A stretch of 64,000 bases of DNA from an uncultured Thermomicrobia bacterium (lineage in GTDB: Bacteria; Chloroflexota; Chloroflexia; Thermomicrobiales; JALYUS01): positions 10,302 through 74,301 of the forward strand of contig CALBSO010000095.1 in assembly GCA_937968015.1 (NCBI GenBank), given 5' to 3'. Each line of letters opens with the position of its first letter. The stretch's first letter is position 1. A program made the translations under genes and the position numbers. Shown here in pieces: positions 8,663-18,172 of this stretch. The notes beneath the pieces were generated by a model. That model was not told the DNA's origin. It saw nothing but the letters and a program-made list of their open reading frames with translations, and ran no database searches.

Positions 8663-10436
8663 ACTTCGATAGGCTCCAGAGTTCGGCCTGGTCGTAGTAT
8701 TTGCCACTGCCTGCCGACGGCGTGTAGATAAAGTTCTGGACATTCTTGGAGACCGCGCCGAAGCGCGTCGTCACCCACATCGGCGCCCAGATCAACTGAT
8801 CGTTCTGAATCTTGCAGGCGTTCTGGTAATCCGTGGCGCGCTTGGTCGGATCGGCCTCCGCCCGGCCATCGGTGTACGCCTTATCCTCATCCGCGTTGGA
8901 CCAGAAGCCGCGGTTCGAGCCGGACGGCGGTAACGCGGTGGAGAGGAAGTAGATGCTCGTGACATCCGGGTCCGCGCCATTCGCGCCGCCGGCGTAGTAG
9001 ATGGTGAATTCCGGCGCGGCTTTGTTCACGAAGCCGTTGAACGTCGGCACGTCCACTGCCTTGATCTTGATCTGAATGCCAACATCCGCGAGTTGCTGCT
9101 GAACGGCGACAAGGATGTCCTGCGAGAGTTGATCGCCGTAGTAGGTCAGCAGTTCGATCGGCTGGCCCTTGATCGCGTCCCAATTCGCATCTTTCAGCAG
9201 TTGCTTCGCCTTGTTCACATCGCGCGTGTAGGGGTTCGCGTCTTTCGGCTGGTACTTCGGGTTGTCGAAGGCGCACGGGACGACGACCGCCGCGCCCTTG
9301 AAGAGTTGCTTAACGATGGTCGAGCGATCAATCGCGTACATGAACGCCTGCCGCACGCGGACATCCTGGAATCGCGGGTCTTTCAGGTTGAACTGGAAGT
9401 AGTTGACGACCTGCGACGGGCCGGGGATCAGCGTCAGGTTCGGGCTTTGCTTGACGAGTTCCGATTCGTCCAGCGTCACATACGTGAACTGGATCTCACC
9501 CTTCTGCAAGGCGATCAAGGCACTACCCGGCGCCTTGAAGTAGCGGTTGATGAGCTTGTCCAACTTCGGGCGACCGCGCCAATACGCGTCGTTCGCGACG
9601 AGTTCGACGTACTGATCGGGAACGTACTTGCTCCACTTGAACGGGCCGGTGCCGATCGGGTTCGTTATCCACCAGGGGTTCTTCTCCAACTCGTTCGTCG
9701 GGATCGAGGCGAGCGCGTGCTTCGGGAACATGAAGACGAAGATCATCGCGTCCATCAGCGCCACGTTCGGCTTGTTCGTCGTGATCACCGCCGTTAGCGG
9801 ATCGGGCGTGGAGATGCCGGCGATATCCGTGTACTTTGGCTGGTAGACATTATGGCTGTCCGGGTTCTTCGCCAGTTCGACCGAGAACTTGACGTCATCC
9901 GAGGTGAACGCCATGCCGTCGTGCCATTTGACATTCGGGCGCAGTTTGAAGGTGAAGGTCTTGGCATCGGCGGAGACTGTCCACGACTCGGCCAGTTCGC
10001 CCTGCATCTTCGTGAAGCCGACATCGTACATGACCAACTTGGAGAAGTATTTCTCCAACCAGACGTAGCCCGCACCCATGGATGGGGGATAGAACTGCGC
10101 CGGGCTGCCGCCGGGGCCGACATCGAAGCCGCCCGTCAGCGTACCGCCGGTCGTGCCAGCGACCGCCTGCGTGGTTGCTGCCACCTGCGTGCCAGCCGGG
10201 GCGGTCGTTGGGATCGCTGCCGCGGAACCGGACGGGCTGGTCGCGGCGGCTGCGGCCGTCGTCGTCGCGCTCGTCGCGGCTGCTCCGGTTGTGGGCGCGG
10301 CGGTCGTCGGAGCGGCGGCAGCCTTCGTCGGGGCGGTCGTTGCGGTCGGGCTGGAAGAGCCGCCGCACGCCGCGAGCATGCCGACGATGGTCAGGGACAC
10401 AATCAGGAGACCCGTGATTCTCTGAAACCGATGCAT
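8661..10436 (-). CDS. ABC transporter substrate-binding lipoprotein, family 5 (peptide/nickel type)
   Basis: Signal peptide with an LAAC lipobox, an ~80-aa Ala/Thr/Pro-rich tether, then an SBP_bac_5-like body. Start at MHRFQR is preceded by an AGGAG RBS. Confidence 0.9.
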   Translation of the reverse strand: MHRFQRITGLLIVSLTIVGMLAACGGSSSPTATTAPTKAAAAPTTAAPTTGAAATSATTTAAAAATSPSGSAAAIPTTAPAGTQVAATTQAVAGTTGGTLTGGFDVGPGGSPAQFYPPSMGAGYVWLEKYFSKLVMYDVGFTKMQGELAESWTVSADAKTFTFKLRPNVKWHDGMAFTSDDVKFSVELAKNPDSHNVYQPKYTDIAGISTPDPLTAVITTNKPNVALMDAMIFVFMFPKHALASIPTNELEKNPWWITNPIGTGPFKWSKYVPDQYVELVANDAYWRGRPKLDKLINRYFKAPGSALIALQKGEIQFTYVTLDESELVKQSPNLTLIPGPSQVVNYFQFNLKDPRFQDVRVRQAFMYAIDRSTIVKQLFKGAAVVVPCAFDNPKYQPKDANPYTRDVNKAKQLLKDANWDAIKGQPIELLTYYGDQLSQDILVAVQQQLADVGIQIKIKAVDVPTFNGFVNKAAPEFTIYYAGGANGADPDVTSIYFLSTALPPSGSNRGFWSNADEDKAYTDGRAEADPTKRATDYQNACKIQNDQLIWAPMWVTTRFGAVSKNVQNFIYTPSAGSGKYYDQAELWSLSK

Positions 10437-10473
10437 CAGCCTCTCCTTTCTATCGTGTGTCAAACGGATGGCG

Positions 10474-11547
10474 TTACCGCGCGGGAAGGGCGGCGACGCG
10501 CGCGGGCTGGCCGGTCACCAGTGAACGATAGGCGGCCTCGATTGCCGCGATGGTCGCCCAGGCGTCCCGAACGCCGTAGAGCGGGGCGCGGTCCTCGCAA
10601 ATGTCCCGGATAAATGCCCCAATCTCCGTCGCGATCGTGCCATGTGCGGATTCTCCCCCGATCGTACGCCCCCTCCTTTCCGTGACCGTGCTCCAGATGT
10701 CCAATTGTGGCCGGTTCTCGTCCACCGTCAGATGCCCGTGTGAGCCGATCAGTCGGAGGGTAGAGGCGCCGGTGCCGGGTGTCGGTGCGAAAGGGATTCT
10801 GCCCACGGTGAGTGAGCCGATTATATCGTGTTCCAGCCGCAAGGAAAGGATACCGACATCTTCGACGCCGAATTGCTTATGTGCGTCGAAGAAGAACGTC
10901 CCGGCCTCCGCGAAGACTTCCGTTACGCGCGCGCCGGTGAGATAGTGGAGGTAATCCACTGGATAGACCATGAAGTTCATCAGTTCGCCGCCACCGGAAA
11001 GTGCCGGATTGGCGACGAACTCCGGGCGCTCGACGGACGTGCCGAAGAAGACACCGCTGGAAAGGAACTCGACATCGCCGGAGCGGATCAGCCCGAGATG
11101 CCCCGCGTCAATCGCCTGCCGCGCTCGCTGGATCGGCGCGCCGAAGAGCCGATGGACGACCGTGAACTTACAACCGGACGATCGTGACGCTACCTCCGCG
11201 ACCATCTTACATTCATCGAGCGTCACCGCCATCGGCTTGTCCACGAGGACGTGCTTCCCGGCCTGAAGCGCCTGCGTCGCGAGCCGCGCGTGGCGCGTCG
11301 GCTCCGAGCAGACAAGGACGAGATCAATATCGCCCCGGATGAGCGCCGCGTCAGGATCACGGAGTACCGGAACGTGGTATCGCTCGGCGAGGATGCGGGC
11401 GTCGTTGTGCGCCCATTCGGGGGCGTCGGATTCCTCGACAATCGCGCGGATGACCGTATCCGGGTGCGCGTCGAAGACCGGCAAGTAACTCGCCGCGTGC
11501 CGCACCGCGCTGAGGACGAGCAGACCGAGAGGCGCGGTGTTACTCAT
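10474..11547 (-). CDS. Gfo/Idh/MocA-family oxidoreductase
   Basis: N-terminal Rossmann fold plus a typical family core (EPTRHARLATQALQAGKHVLVDKP). Confidence 0.85.
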   Translation of the reverse strand: MSNTAPLGLLVLSAVRHAASYLPVFDAHPDTVIRAIVEESDAPEWAHNDARILAERYHVPVLRDPDAALIRGDIDLVLVCSEPTRHARLATQALQAGKHVLVDKPMAVTLDECKMVAEVASRSSGCKFTVVHRLFGAPIQRARQAIDAGHLGLIRSGDVEFLSSGVFFGTSVERPEFVANPALSGGGELMNFMVYPVDYLHYLTGARVTEVFAEAGTFFFDAHKQFGVEDVGILSLRLEHDIIGSLTVGRIPFAPTPGTGASTLRLIGSHGHLTVDENRPQLDIWSTVTERRGRTIGGESAHGTIATEIGAFIRDICEDRAPLYGVRDAWATIAAIEAAYRSLVTGQPARVAALPAR

Positions 11548-12541
11548 TGTCTGCCTCCCCGACGGTGACCGCTCTGCCGGTTTCCAACGACTCCTGGGCC
11601 GCGAGCGCGGCTGCGAGCGCGTGCCGGACTTGCGCCGTTGTCACAATTGGCGTCTCCTCGCCGCGTAATGTCGCGACCCAATGGCGGAGTTGGTGATAGA
11701 TCGCGTCCTCGATGGACGGGGAGGGAAGATGGACACCGTCACTGTACAGGTGCGGATCGTCCTCGGTGCTGTGGCTGAGGCTTCCGGCTTCGCCGACGGC
11801 GAGGATGCGGCGCAATGTATCGCCCCGTTGACGGAGCGCATAGGCGATTTCCAGCAGCGCGAGGCTGCCGTCATGGAAGCGAACGGTCATGTGAAAACTG
11901 TCCGGGATGCCCATCGTCGGCGCGAAAGCGCGGAAGCCGCGCGTGAAGACGCGCGTTGGCGCACGGCCAAAGAGCCAGACGGCGAGATCGAGCGCGTGGA
12001 TGCCGTTGTGCAGCGGGTGCCCGCCGGAACGCGCCGGATCGAGTTGCCACGCCCGCCAGCCGCCTGCCCAGACATCACCGGCGTACCATGCCAGATGCAG
12101 CAGGCGCAGCCGCCCGATCGTCCCCGCCGCGATCTCTTGCGCGATCTCGCGGTTCACGGGTTGGAAGCGCGCCGTCTGCCCGACCATCAGCGAGACGCCG
12201 TGGCGCCCCGTCGCGGCGACCATCGCGTCGTAATCCGCCAGAGAGAGGGCGGCGGGCTTCTCGACGTGGATCGCTTTGCCGCGCTCCGCCGCCGCGATCG
12301 TCAGCGCCGCATGCGTCTCGGAGGGCGTGCAAATGTCTACCGCGCTCACATCCGGCGCGGCTAGGGCCGATTGCGCGTCGGTTGACCATGTGGCGTTGCC
12401 CGCCTGTGCCGCGAGTGACTGGGCGCGGATGGCATCCGTATCCACGATATGCGATACGCGCACGCCGGGGATACGGGCATACGCCGCGACATGATCCCGC
12501 GCGATGCTGCCCGCCCCGATGATGGCGATTGCGAGCGTCAT
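11540..12541 (-). CDS. Gfo/Idh/MocA-family oxidoreductase
   Basis: True start is MTLAIAIIGAGSIARDH (ATGA overlap with the upstream stop at 12538-12541). EKP motif (AIHVEKP). The longer ORF-track version (to 13012) overlaps the FAH gene out of frame. Confidence 0.85.
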   Translation of the reverse strand: MTLAIAIIGAGSIARDHVAAYARIPGVRVSHIVDTDAIRAQSLAAQAGNATWSTDAQSALAAPDVSAVDICTPSETHAALTIAAAERGKAIHVEKPAALSLADYDAMVAATGRHGVSLMVGQTARFQPVNREIAQEIAAGTIGRLRLLHLAWYAGDVWAGGWRAWQLDPARSGGHPLHNGIHALDLAVWLFGRAPTRVFTRGFRAFAPTMGIPDSFHMTVRFHDGSLALLEIAYALRQRGDTLRRILAVGEAGSLSHSTEDDPHLYSDGVHLPSPSIEDAIYHQLRHWVATLRGEETPIVTTAQVRHALAAALAAQESLETGRAVTVGEADNE

Positions 12542-13428
12542 GCGCCAGCCGCCGCGACGACGGGCGTCACGAGTGTGCCGAGTCCCTCGATCCACGCCTC
12601 CATCCGGTCGCCCGGTTGCAGATAGGTGTGCGTCGTCGCGCCGACGCCGGAGGGCGTGCCCGTGAGGATGACATCGCCCGGTTCGAGGGTCATAAAGCGT
12701 GAGCAAAACTCGATCGTTTCCGCGACGGTGAAGATCATGTCGCCGGTCGTGGCTTTCTGTCGCACTGCACCGTTGACCGAGAGCCGCATTGCGAGATTTT
12801 GCGGATCGGGCACCGCGTCGGCAGTGACGAGATATGGCCCCATCGGCGCGAAACTGTCTGGCCATTTGCCATTCAGCCAGTCGAAGAAAGCCATGCGCGG
12901 CGTGATCTCGCCCCGCTCGACACCCCAATCTACGGCGCGCGCCGAAATGTCGTTCGCCACCATGTATCCGGCGACGACGCCGAGCGCGTCGGCAGCGCTG
13001 ACGTGCTTGCATCGTCGCCCGATCACGACCGCGAGTTCGAGTTCATAGTCCATCGCCCGCGAAATCTCCGGCGCGGAGACGGGTTCGCCCGCCGCGATGA
13101 TGGAGGTTGATGGCTTCAGGAACAGCAGTGGTACGGCATTCGCTTTTTGCACATCGGCGACCTTGCTTTCGCGCACATGATCCTGATAGTTTCCGGCGAG
13201 CGCGAGCAACTTCGGCGGGCGACGGAGCGGGGCAAGCAACTGCGCGGCTGAGAGGGCGACTGAATGTGCGCTGGAGGCATCGCGCGCTCGTTCCATCCAG
13301 TCGGCGCCGCTTTCGAGAAGGTTGAGGAGATCGCCCGATCCGAGGTCCAGGATACGCTGATCGCCTTCCGGGCCAGCGAGAACGCCGTGCCGTACTCCTT
13401 CGCTGCCGCGGTAACTGACCAGTTTCAT
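12538..13428 (-). CDS. Fumarylacetoacetate hydrolase (FAH)-family protein
   Basis: FAH-fold signature (DYELELAVVIG, GDVILTGTPSGVG). Start at MKLVSY is preceded by a GGAGAAGG RBS. Confidence 0.85.
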   Translation of the reverse strand: MKLVSYRGSEGVRHGVLAGPEGDQRILDLGSGDLLNLLESGADWMERARDASSAHSVALSAAQLLAPLRRPPKLLALAGNYQDHVRESKVADVQKANAVPLLFLKPSTSIIAAGEPVSAPEISRAMDYELELAVVIGRRCKHVSAADALGVVAGYMVANDISARAVDWGVERGEITPRMAFFDWLNGKWPDSFAPMGPYLVTADAVPDPQNLAMRLSVNGAVRQKATTGDMIFTVAETIEFCSRFMTLEPGDVILTGTPSGVGATTHTYLQPGDRMEAWIEGLGTLVTPVVAAAGA

Positions 13429-13454
13429 GTAACCTTCTCCTGTCATCAGGATGA

Positions 13455-13500
13455 TTGACAGCCCCGCATGCCAGTCTTAGGATGTCCTACAACTTGTAGG
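13455..13500 (+). promoter_or_regulatory. Putative gntR promoter (TTGACA-17-TAGGAT) with adjacent 7-1-7 palindrome CCTACAACTTGTAGG
   Basis: The hexamers and the perfect inverted repeat (13486-13500) are read directly, in the divergent region between the FAH operon and gntR. Confidence 0.4.
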
Positions 13501-13534
13501 TGCAGTATATGGTCAGCGGAAAGGGAATGCAAGC

Positions 13535-14245
13535 ATGGCGATCATCGCGCCGTTGCGGACTGAAACGATTCATCGCGCCGCGCAAGAAACGATCAAACAC
13601 TACATCATCCAGCACCGGTTGGCGCCGGGCGACCCGATTCCGACGGAGACGACGCTGGCGCGCGAACTCGGCATCAGCCGCAATTCCCTCCGTGAGGCAC
13701 TGAAGGCGCTTGCGACCGCCGGCATCGTCGAGACACGGCACGGGTTGGGCACCTATGTCGGGCAGGCGTCGCTCGGCCCGCTGATTGACGGGATGGTCTT
13801 CAATCTGCTGCAAAACATCAGCCGGGATACGCGGACATTGCGCGAGATGCTCCAACTGCGCGAAATCCTCGAAATCGAACTCGTCCGCCGCGTGACGGGC
13901 ATCCACACCCCGGAGCAACTGGCGCGGCTCGAATCGTACGTCGGGCAGATGGAGGCGGACGCTGCACGCGCGACGATGAACTCGGATGCTGACCACGCCT
14001 TCCACGACGCACTCTACGCACCGTTCGACAATCACGTCGTCACACTGATCCTGCACGCCTTCTGGGATGTGCAGGACGCCGTTGCCTCTCAACTGCCCGA
14101 CGCGCGCCCAATTGCCGCCGCGAACGCCCGCTGGCACCGTAACATTCTCGAAGCGGTGCGGCGGGGCGACGCCGACGGCGCGGTCGTCGCAATGCGCGAG
14201 CAATTCACGGGCATCCGAACCCGCCTCAATCTCTTGGCAGAATAG
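13535..14245 (+). CDS. GntR-family transcriptional regulator (FadR/FCD subfamily)
   Basis: N-terminal wHTH (TETTLARELGISRNSLREALKAL) and a C-terminal all-helical FCD-like domain. Confidence 0.85.
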   Translation: MAIIAPLRTETIHRAAQETIKHYIIQHRLAPGDPIPTETTLARELGISRNSLREALKALATAGIVETRHGLGTYVGQASLGPLIDGMVFNLLQNISRDTRTLREMLQLREILEIELVRRVTGIHTPEQLARLESYVGQMEADAARATMNSDADHAFHDALYAPFDNHVVTLILHAFWDVQDAVASQLPDARPIAAANARWHRNILEAVRRGDADGAVVAMREQFTGIRTRLNLLAE

Positions 14246-14343
14246 CGGACGCGGCCCCATCTCTGCGTATACTGATATGGGTGCTGCCCGTGCCGCGCGA
14301 CTGACGCGCGCTTACCGGGCGGCCCGCAGCAGGAGCGAAGAGA

Positions 14344-15471
14344 TTGAACACATTGCAGCCGCCAGCCGGGGATGATCTGGAGGTGACACTGCTCGCGCAG
14401 GGCGAGCAAACGGGAGATCAGATCGCCGCGCAACTGGCGGCGTTCATCCGAGGGGCGCGACGGAGCCTCGACATGGCGCTCTACGACTTCCGCCTCAGCG
14501 ATCCGCTGAAGCGGGTCGTCGCGGGCGCGATGCACGAGCGCGCGGCGGCGGGCGTCGCCATCCGTATCGCCTACGACGCAGACAAGCCGGAGCCGCCACA
14601 GGTGGCGCAAGGAATGGATCCCGCGCCATCCGGTACCGGGTCGTTCGTCCAGTCACTCGGCTATCCGTATCGCCGCATCGGTGGGCTGAAGTTGATGCAC
14701 AACAAATACATCGTCCGCGACCTACCGGACCCGGAGGCGGCAGACGACGGCTCCGGCGCATCCGTCTGGACGGGTTCGACGAACTTCACCGACGATTCGT
14801 GGAATGTCGAGGAGAATAACATCCTCCGCCTCGCCTCGCCGGAACTGGCGCGGTTCTATGCCCGCGACTTCGCGGATTTGTGGAGCGAAGGCGAGATCGG
14901 CGCGAGTGGTTCGTTCGATACGGAACCGGTCAGCCTCATCTATGGCGGTACACCGCTGACCGTGCGGGTCTTCTTTTCGCCGGGGCGCGGGCTGCAGATT
15001 GATGACGAGGTGGCTCGACGGGTCTCCGCCGCACGCCAACGCGTCCGGATCTGGAGCATGCTGATCAATTCGGGCGCGCTCATCTCGGCACTCGGTGATC
15101 TCCTCGCAGCCGGGAATGTGCCGGTGAGCGGCGTCTACGACCGCACGCAGATGGCGAGCGTGCTGACCCAGTGGCAGGATGTGCCGCACAATGTCTGGAA
15201 GATCGGCGCGGTGCGGCACATCGTCGCGCGGGCCGGGTTAATTGGCAAGAATTCGACGCCGTACCGGCCGGACACGATCCATGACTTCATGCACGCGAAA
15301 GTGCTCGTCGTGGACGACACCGTGATCACCGGCTCGTACAATTTCTCGCGCAGCGCCGAGTTCAACGCAGAGAATCTCCTTATGTTGGAGAATGCCGCGC
15401 TCGCCGACCGCTACAGCGCGTTTATAGATCATGTGATGACGAAATACGCGGCGGGCAACCAACCGCTCTGA
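14344..15471 (+). CDS. Phospholipase D-like domain protein (two HKD motifs)
   Basis: HNKYIVRD...GSTNFT and HAKVLVVDD...GSYNFS. TTG start after an AGGAG-like RBS. Confidence 0.8.
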   Translation: MNTLQPPAGDDLEVTLLAQGEQTGDQIAAQLAAFIRGARRSLDMALYDFRLSDPLKRVVAGAMHERAAAGVAIRIAYDADKPEPPQVAQGMDPAPSGTGSFVQSLGYPYRRIGGLKLMHNKYIVRDLPDPEAADDGSGASVWTGSTNFTDDSWNVEENNILRLASPELARFYARDFADLWSEGEIGASGSFDTEPVSLIYGGTPLTVRVFFSPGRGLQIDDEVARRVSAARQRVRIWSMLINSGALISALGDLLAAGNVPVSGVYDRTQMASVLTQWQDVPHNVWKIGAVRHIVARAGLIGKNSTPYRPDTIHDFMHAKVLVVDDTVITGSYNFSRSAEFNAENLLMLENAALADRYSAFIDHVMTKYAAGNQPL

Positions 15472-15488
15472 TCGGTGGAGGAACGACG

Positions 15489-16337
15489 ATGACCGACGAA
15501 AAGGCGCCGAACCGGCCGGAGATGGCGGAGGGCATGATCCCGAACGTCACGCTCAATCGCGCGGCACGGCACGGCCAGCCGACCGAGGACCGCAAACTGC
15601 TCTCGTGGACGGATCGTGACCGCGAGCGGGCGGCGGCCTTCACGCACAGCGATCCGTGGCGCATCATGCGAATCACGGGCGAGTTCGTCTCCGGGTTCGA
15701 CGCGCTCGCGGGGATCGGCCCCGCCGTGACTGTCTTCGGTTCGGCGCGGACGCACGAAAACGATCCGATGTATGCCGCCGCGCGGTCGGTCGGCGCGGCA
15801 CTGGCGCAGGCCGGCTTCGCGACGATCACCGGCGGCGGCCCCGGTATCATGGAGGCGGCGAACCGAGGCGCAATGGGCGCGGGCGGCATCTCCGTCGGCG
15901 CGAATATTGAACTACCTTTCGAGCAGGGCTTGAACCGCTACGTGAATCTCGCGCTCAACTTCCGCTACTTCTTCGTGCGTAAGACAATGTTCGTCAAGTA
16001 CGCCGAAGGGTTCATCTGCTTCCCCGGCGGGTTCGGCACCCTCGACGAGTTGTTCGAGTCGCTGACGCTGATCCAGACGGGCAAACTCGGCATGTTCCCC
16101 GTCGTGCTTTTCGGGCGGACATACTGGCAGGGGTTGCTCGATTGGATTTCTTCCACGGTTCTCGCGGAAGGGAAAATCAACCCGCCCGACCTCGATCTCC
16201 TGAAAGTGACGGATGACCCGGCGGAAGCGGTGCAAGTCATCACCGCGGCATACCGGCAGAGTGTCGCGACACCCCACGATGGTCGCGGCATTCCCGCGAC
16301 ATGGGACCCGGACCCGAAACTTCCCCATCCTCCGTAA
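15489..16337 (+). CDS. LOG-family (TIGR00730) nucleotide phosphoribohydrolase-like protein
   Basis: PGGFGTLDELFE signature and a GGGPGIMEAANRGA motif. Confidence 0.85.
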   Translation: MTDEKAPNRPEMAEGMIPNVTLNRAARHGQPTEDRKLLSWTDRDRERAAAFTHSDPWRIMRITGEFVSGFDALAGIGPAVTVFGSARTHENDPMYAAARSVGAALAQAGFATITGGGPGIMEAANRGAMGAGGISVGANIELPFEQGLNRYVNLALNFRYFFVRKTMFVKYAEGFICFPGGFGTLDELFESLTLIQTGKLGMFPVVLFGRTYWQGLLDWISSTVLAEGKINPPDLDLLKVTDDPAEAVQVITAAYRQSVATPHDGRGIPATWDPDPKLPHPP

Positions 16338-16428
16338 TGCCACCAACTTAGATGGTGCGATGCTCCAGTGGTAGCGGCGCGGTGGTATGATCGCGCCACG
16401 GAAAGGCCGGGTATGAGTATGGAGACGG

Positions 16429-17634
16429 ATGGCAATGACCATGACAACGACAGTGCGGGATGAAATCGCGGAGTGGGAGCCGGAATTGATCGCGACGCGG
16501 CGTGACTTCCACATGCACCCGGAGATGGGCCTGGAAGAAGTGCGGACGAGCGGCATCGTCGTCGAGCGGCTGCGCGCGCTCGGCTTCGATGAGATCGAGA
16601 CCGGCATTGCCGTGACGGGCGTCAAGGCGGTGCTGCGGGGCGGCAAGCCCGGTAAGACAATTCTCCTGCGGGCGGACATGGACGCGTTGCCGATTGAGGA
16701 GGAGAACGATGTCGAGTACCGCTCCCAAACCGCGGGAACGATGCACGCGTGCGGCCACGATGCGCACACGGCTATCCTCCTCTCCGCCGCGCGCATCCTG
16801 ATGGGCCATCGCGACGAACTGACGGGTACGATCGTCTTCTGCTTCCAGCCTGCCGAGGAGGGTCGAGGCGGCGCGCAAAAGATGGTCGCGGCGGGTGTAC
16901 TCGAAAACCCGCATGTGGACGCCGCAATCGGCCTGCATGTCATCCAGGAGATGCCGCTCGGCACAATTAATGTCTTTCCCGGCCCGATGATGGCCGGTGG
17001 CGATGTCTTCGATGTGACGATACAGGGCAAGGGTGGACATGCCGCGATGCCGGATGAGACGGTGGATGCACTGATCGTTGCGGTCGAGTGCGTCAACGCG
17101 CTCCAGACGCTCGTCAGCCGCGAAGTGGCCCCCATCCTGCCTGCGGTGGTCACGGTGGCGACGCTGCACGCGGGCGGCACGGCGGCGAACATCATCGCGG
17201 ATACCGCGACCTTCAACGGAACCACGCGATACTTCGATCTCGAAGTCGGCGACAAACTCGCGGCGCGCCTCCCCGCGCTCGTGCAATCAATTGCTGAGGG
17301 CATGCGCGCGACGGCGGAAGTGGAGATACGCCGCGTCGTGCCGCCGACGGTCAATGAGCCGCGGATGGCCGAACTGGTGCGAACCGTCGCGGCGGATGTC
17401 GTCGGCGCGGACAAGGTGCTGAGCGGTCCGCGCACGATGGGCGGCGAGGACTTTTCGGAGTTCACGCACTATGTCCCGGCCTGCTTCTTCTGGGTCGGCT
17501 CGCGCGATGAGGCGAGTGGTAAGGTCTGGGGCCACCATCATCCGCGCTTCGACATTGACGAGCGCTGCCTCTCGATCGGCGTCGAGATGATGGTGCGGGC
17601 GACAATGCGCTATCTTGAGCAGGGCGGTGCGTAA
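16429..17634 (+). CDS. M20-family amidohydrolase (N-acyl-amino acid amidohydrolase/hippuricase type)
   Basis: MHACGHDAH metal-binding motif; typical M20D length and dimerisation insert. Confidence 0.85.
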   Translation: MAMTMTTTVRDEIAEWEPELIATRRDFHMHPEMGLEEVRTSGIVVERLRALGFDEIETGIAVTGVKAVLRGGKPGKTILLRADMDALPIEEENDVEYRSQTAGTMHACGHDAHTAILLSAARILMGHRDELTGTIVFCFQPAEEGRGGAQKMVAAGVLENPHVDAAIGLHVIQEMPLGTINVFPGPMMAGGDVFDVTIQGKGGHAAMPDETVDALIVAVECVNALQTLVSREVAPILPAVVTVATLHAGGTAANIIADTATFNGTTRYFDLEVGDKLAARLPALVQSIAEGMRATAEVEIRRVVPPTVNEPRMAELVRTVAADVVGADKVLSGPRTMGGEDFSEFTHYVPACFFWVGSRDEASGKVWGHHHPRFDIDERCLSIGVEMMVRATMRYLEQGGA

Positions 17635-17727
17635 GTCGCCATGAGGCGGATTACTGGTGATACTTCGCCTGTTGATCGGCTCGTTTCGCCAATGGAGTCG
17701 AGCAGACGATGCGGAAGGGAACCCATC

Positions 17728-18129
17728 ATGGCAGAAGAGAAGCAGATCGTTGACGTGCCCGGACTCTTCGACTCCCGTCCGCTCGGCTACGTCCAGTGCG
17801 TCACCGCCGGCACCCTCGTCTTCGTGGCGGGGCAGGCCGGGCTGGATGAGCGATTGCAGATCGTCTCGCCCGAGTTCGCTCCCCAGGCACGGCAGACCCT
17901 CATGAATGTCCGTCGGGCGCTCGAGGCAGCGGGTGCGCGACCGGCGGACGTCACCGCCGTGACGATCTACCTGACGGATATGGGCAACCTGCGGGCATTC
18001 GGGGCGATCAAGCAGGAGGTGCTGGGGGAGATGCAGGCGACGAGCACGGCGGTGGCCGTGTCCGCGCTCGCGCTGCCGGGCATGCTGATAGAGGTTACCG
18101 TGATGGCGGTCCGCTCAGATCACGCCTGA
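17728..18129 (+). CDS. RidA/YjgF-family protein
   Basis: ~133 aa with a typical RidA core (LVFVAGQAG, VTIYLTDM, IEVTVMAV). ATG start at 17728. Confidence 0.8.
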   Translation: MAEEKQIVDVPGLFDSRPLGYVQCVTAGTLVFVAGQAGLDERLQIVSPEFAPQARQTLMNVRRALEAAGARPADVTAVTIYLTDMGNLRAFGAIKQEVLGEMQATSTAVAVSALALPGMLIEVTVMAVRSDHA

Positions 18130-18172
18130 GAAGAGAAAACAGGGTGAGCGGCGCGATGCCGGATGGCGCGGC

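Noticed and set aside
12542-13012. 157-aa N-terminal extension of the second Gfo/Idh/MocA ORF
   Set aside because: It overlaps the FAH gene out of frame. The Rossmann motif begins right after the internal ATG, which forms an ATGA overlap with the FAH stop.
14344-16337. PLD-like nuclease fold plus LOG/SLOG-like protein as a possible two-gene defence system
   Set aside because: The genes are separated by normal spacing in a housekeeping context. The LOG protein has the canonical PGGFGTLDE enzyme motif. No mobile or defence-island neighbours support a defence role.
15912-17465. 517-aa minus-strand ORF
   Set aside because: It is antisense to the M20 amidohydrolase and LOG genes. It has a shadow-ORF composition and no motifs.
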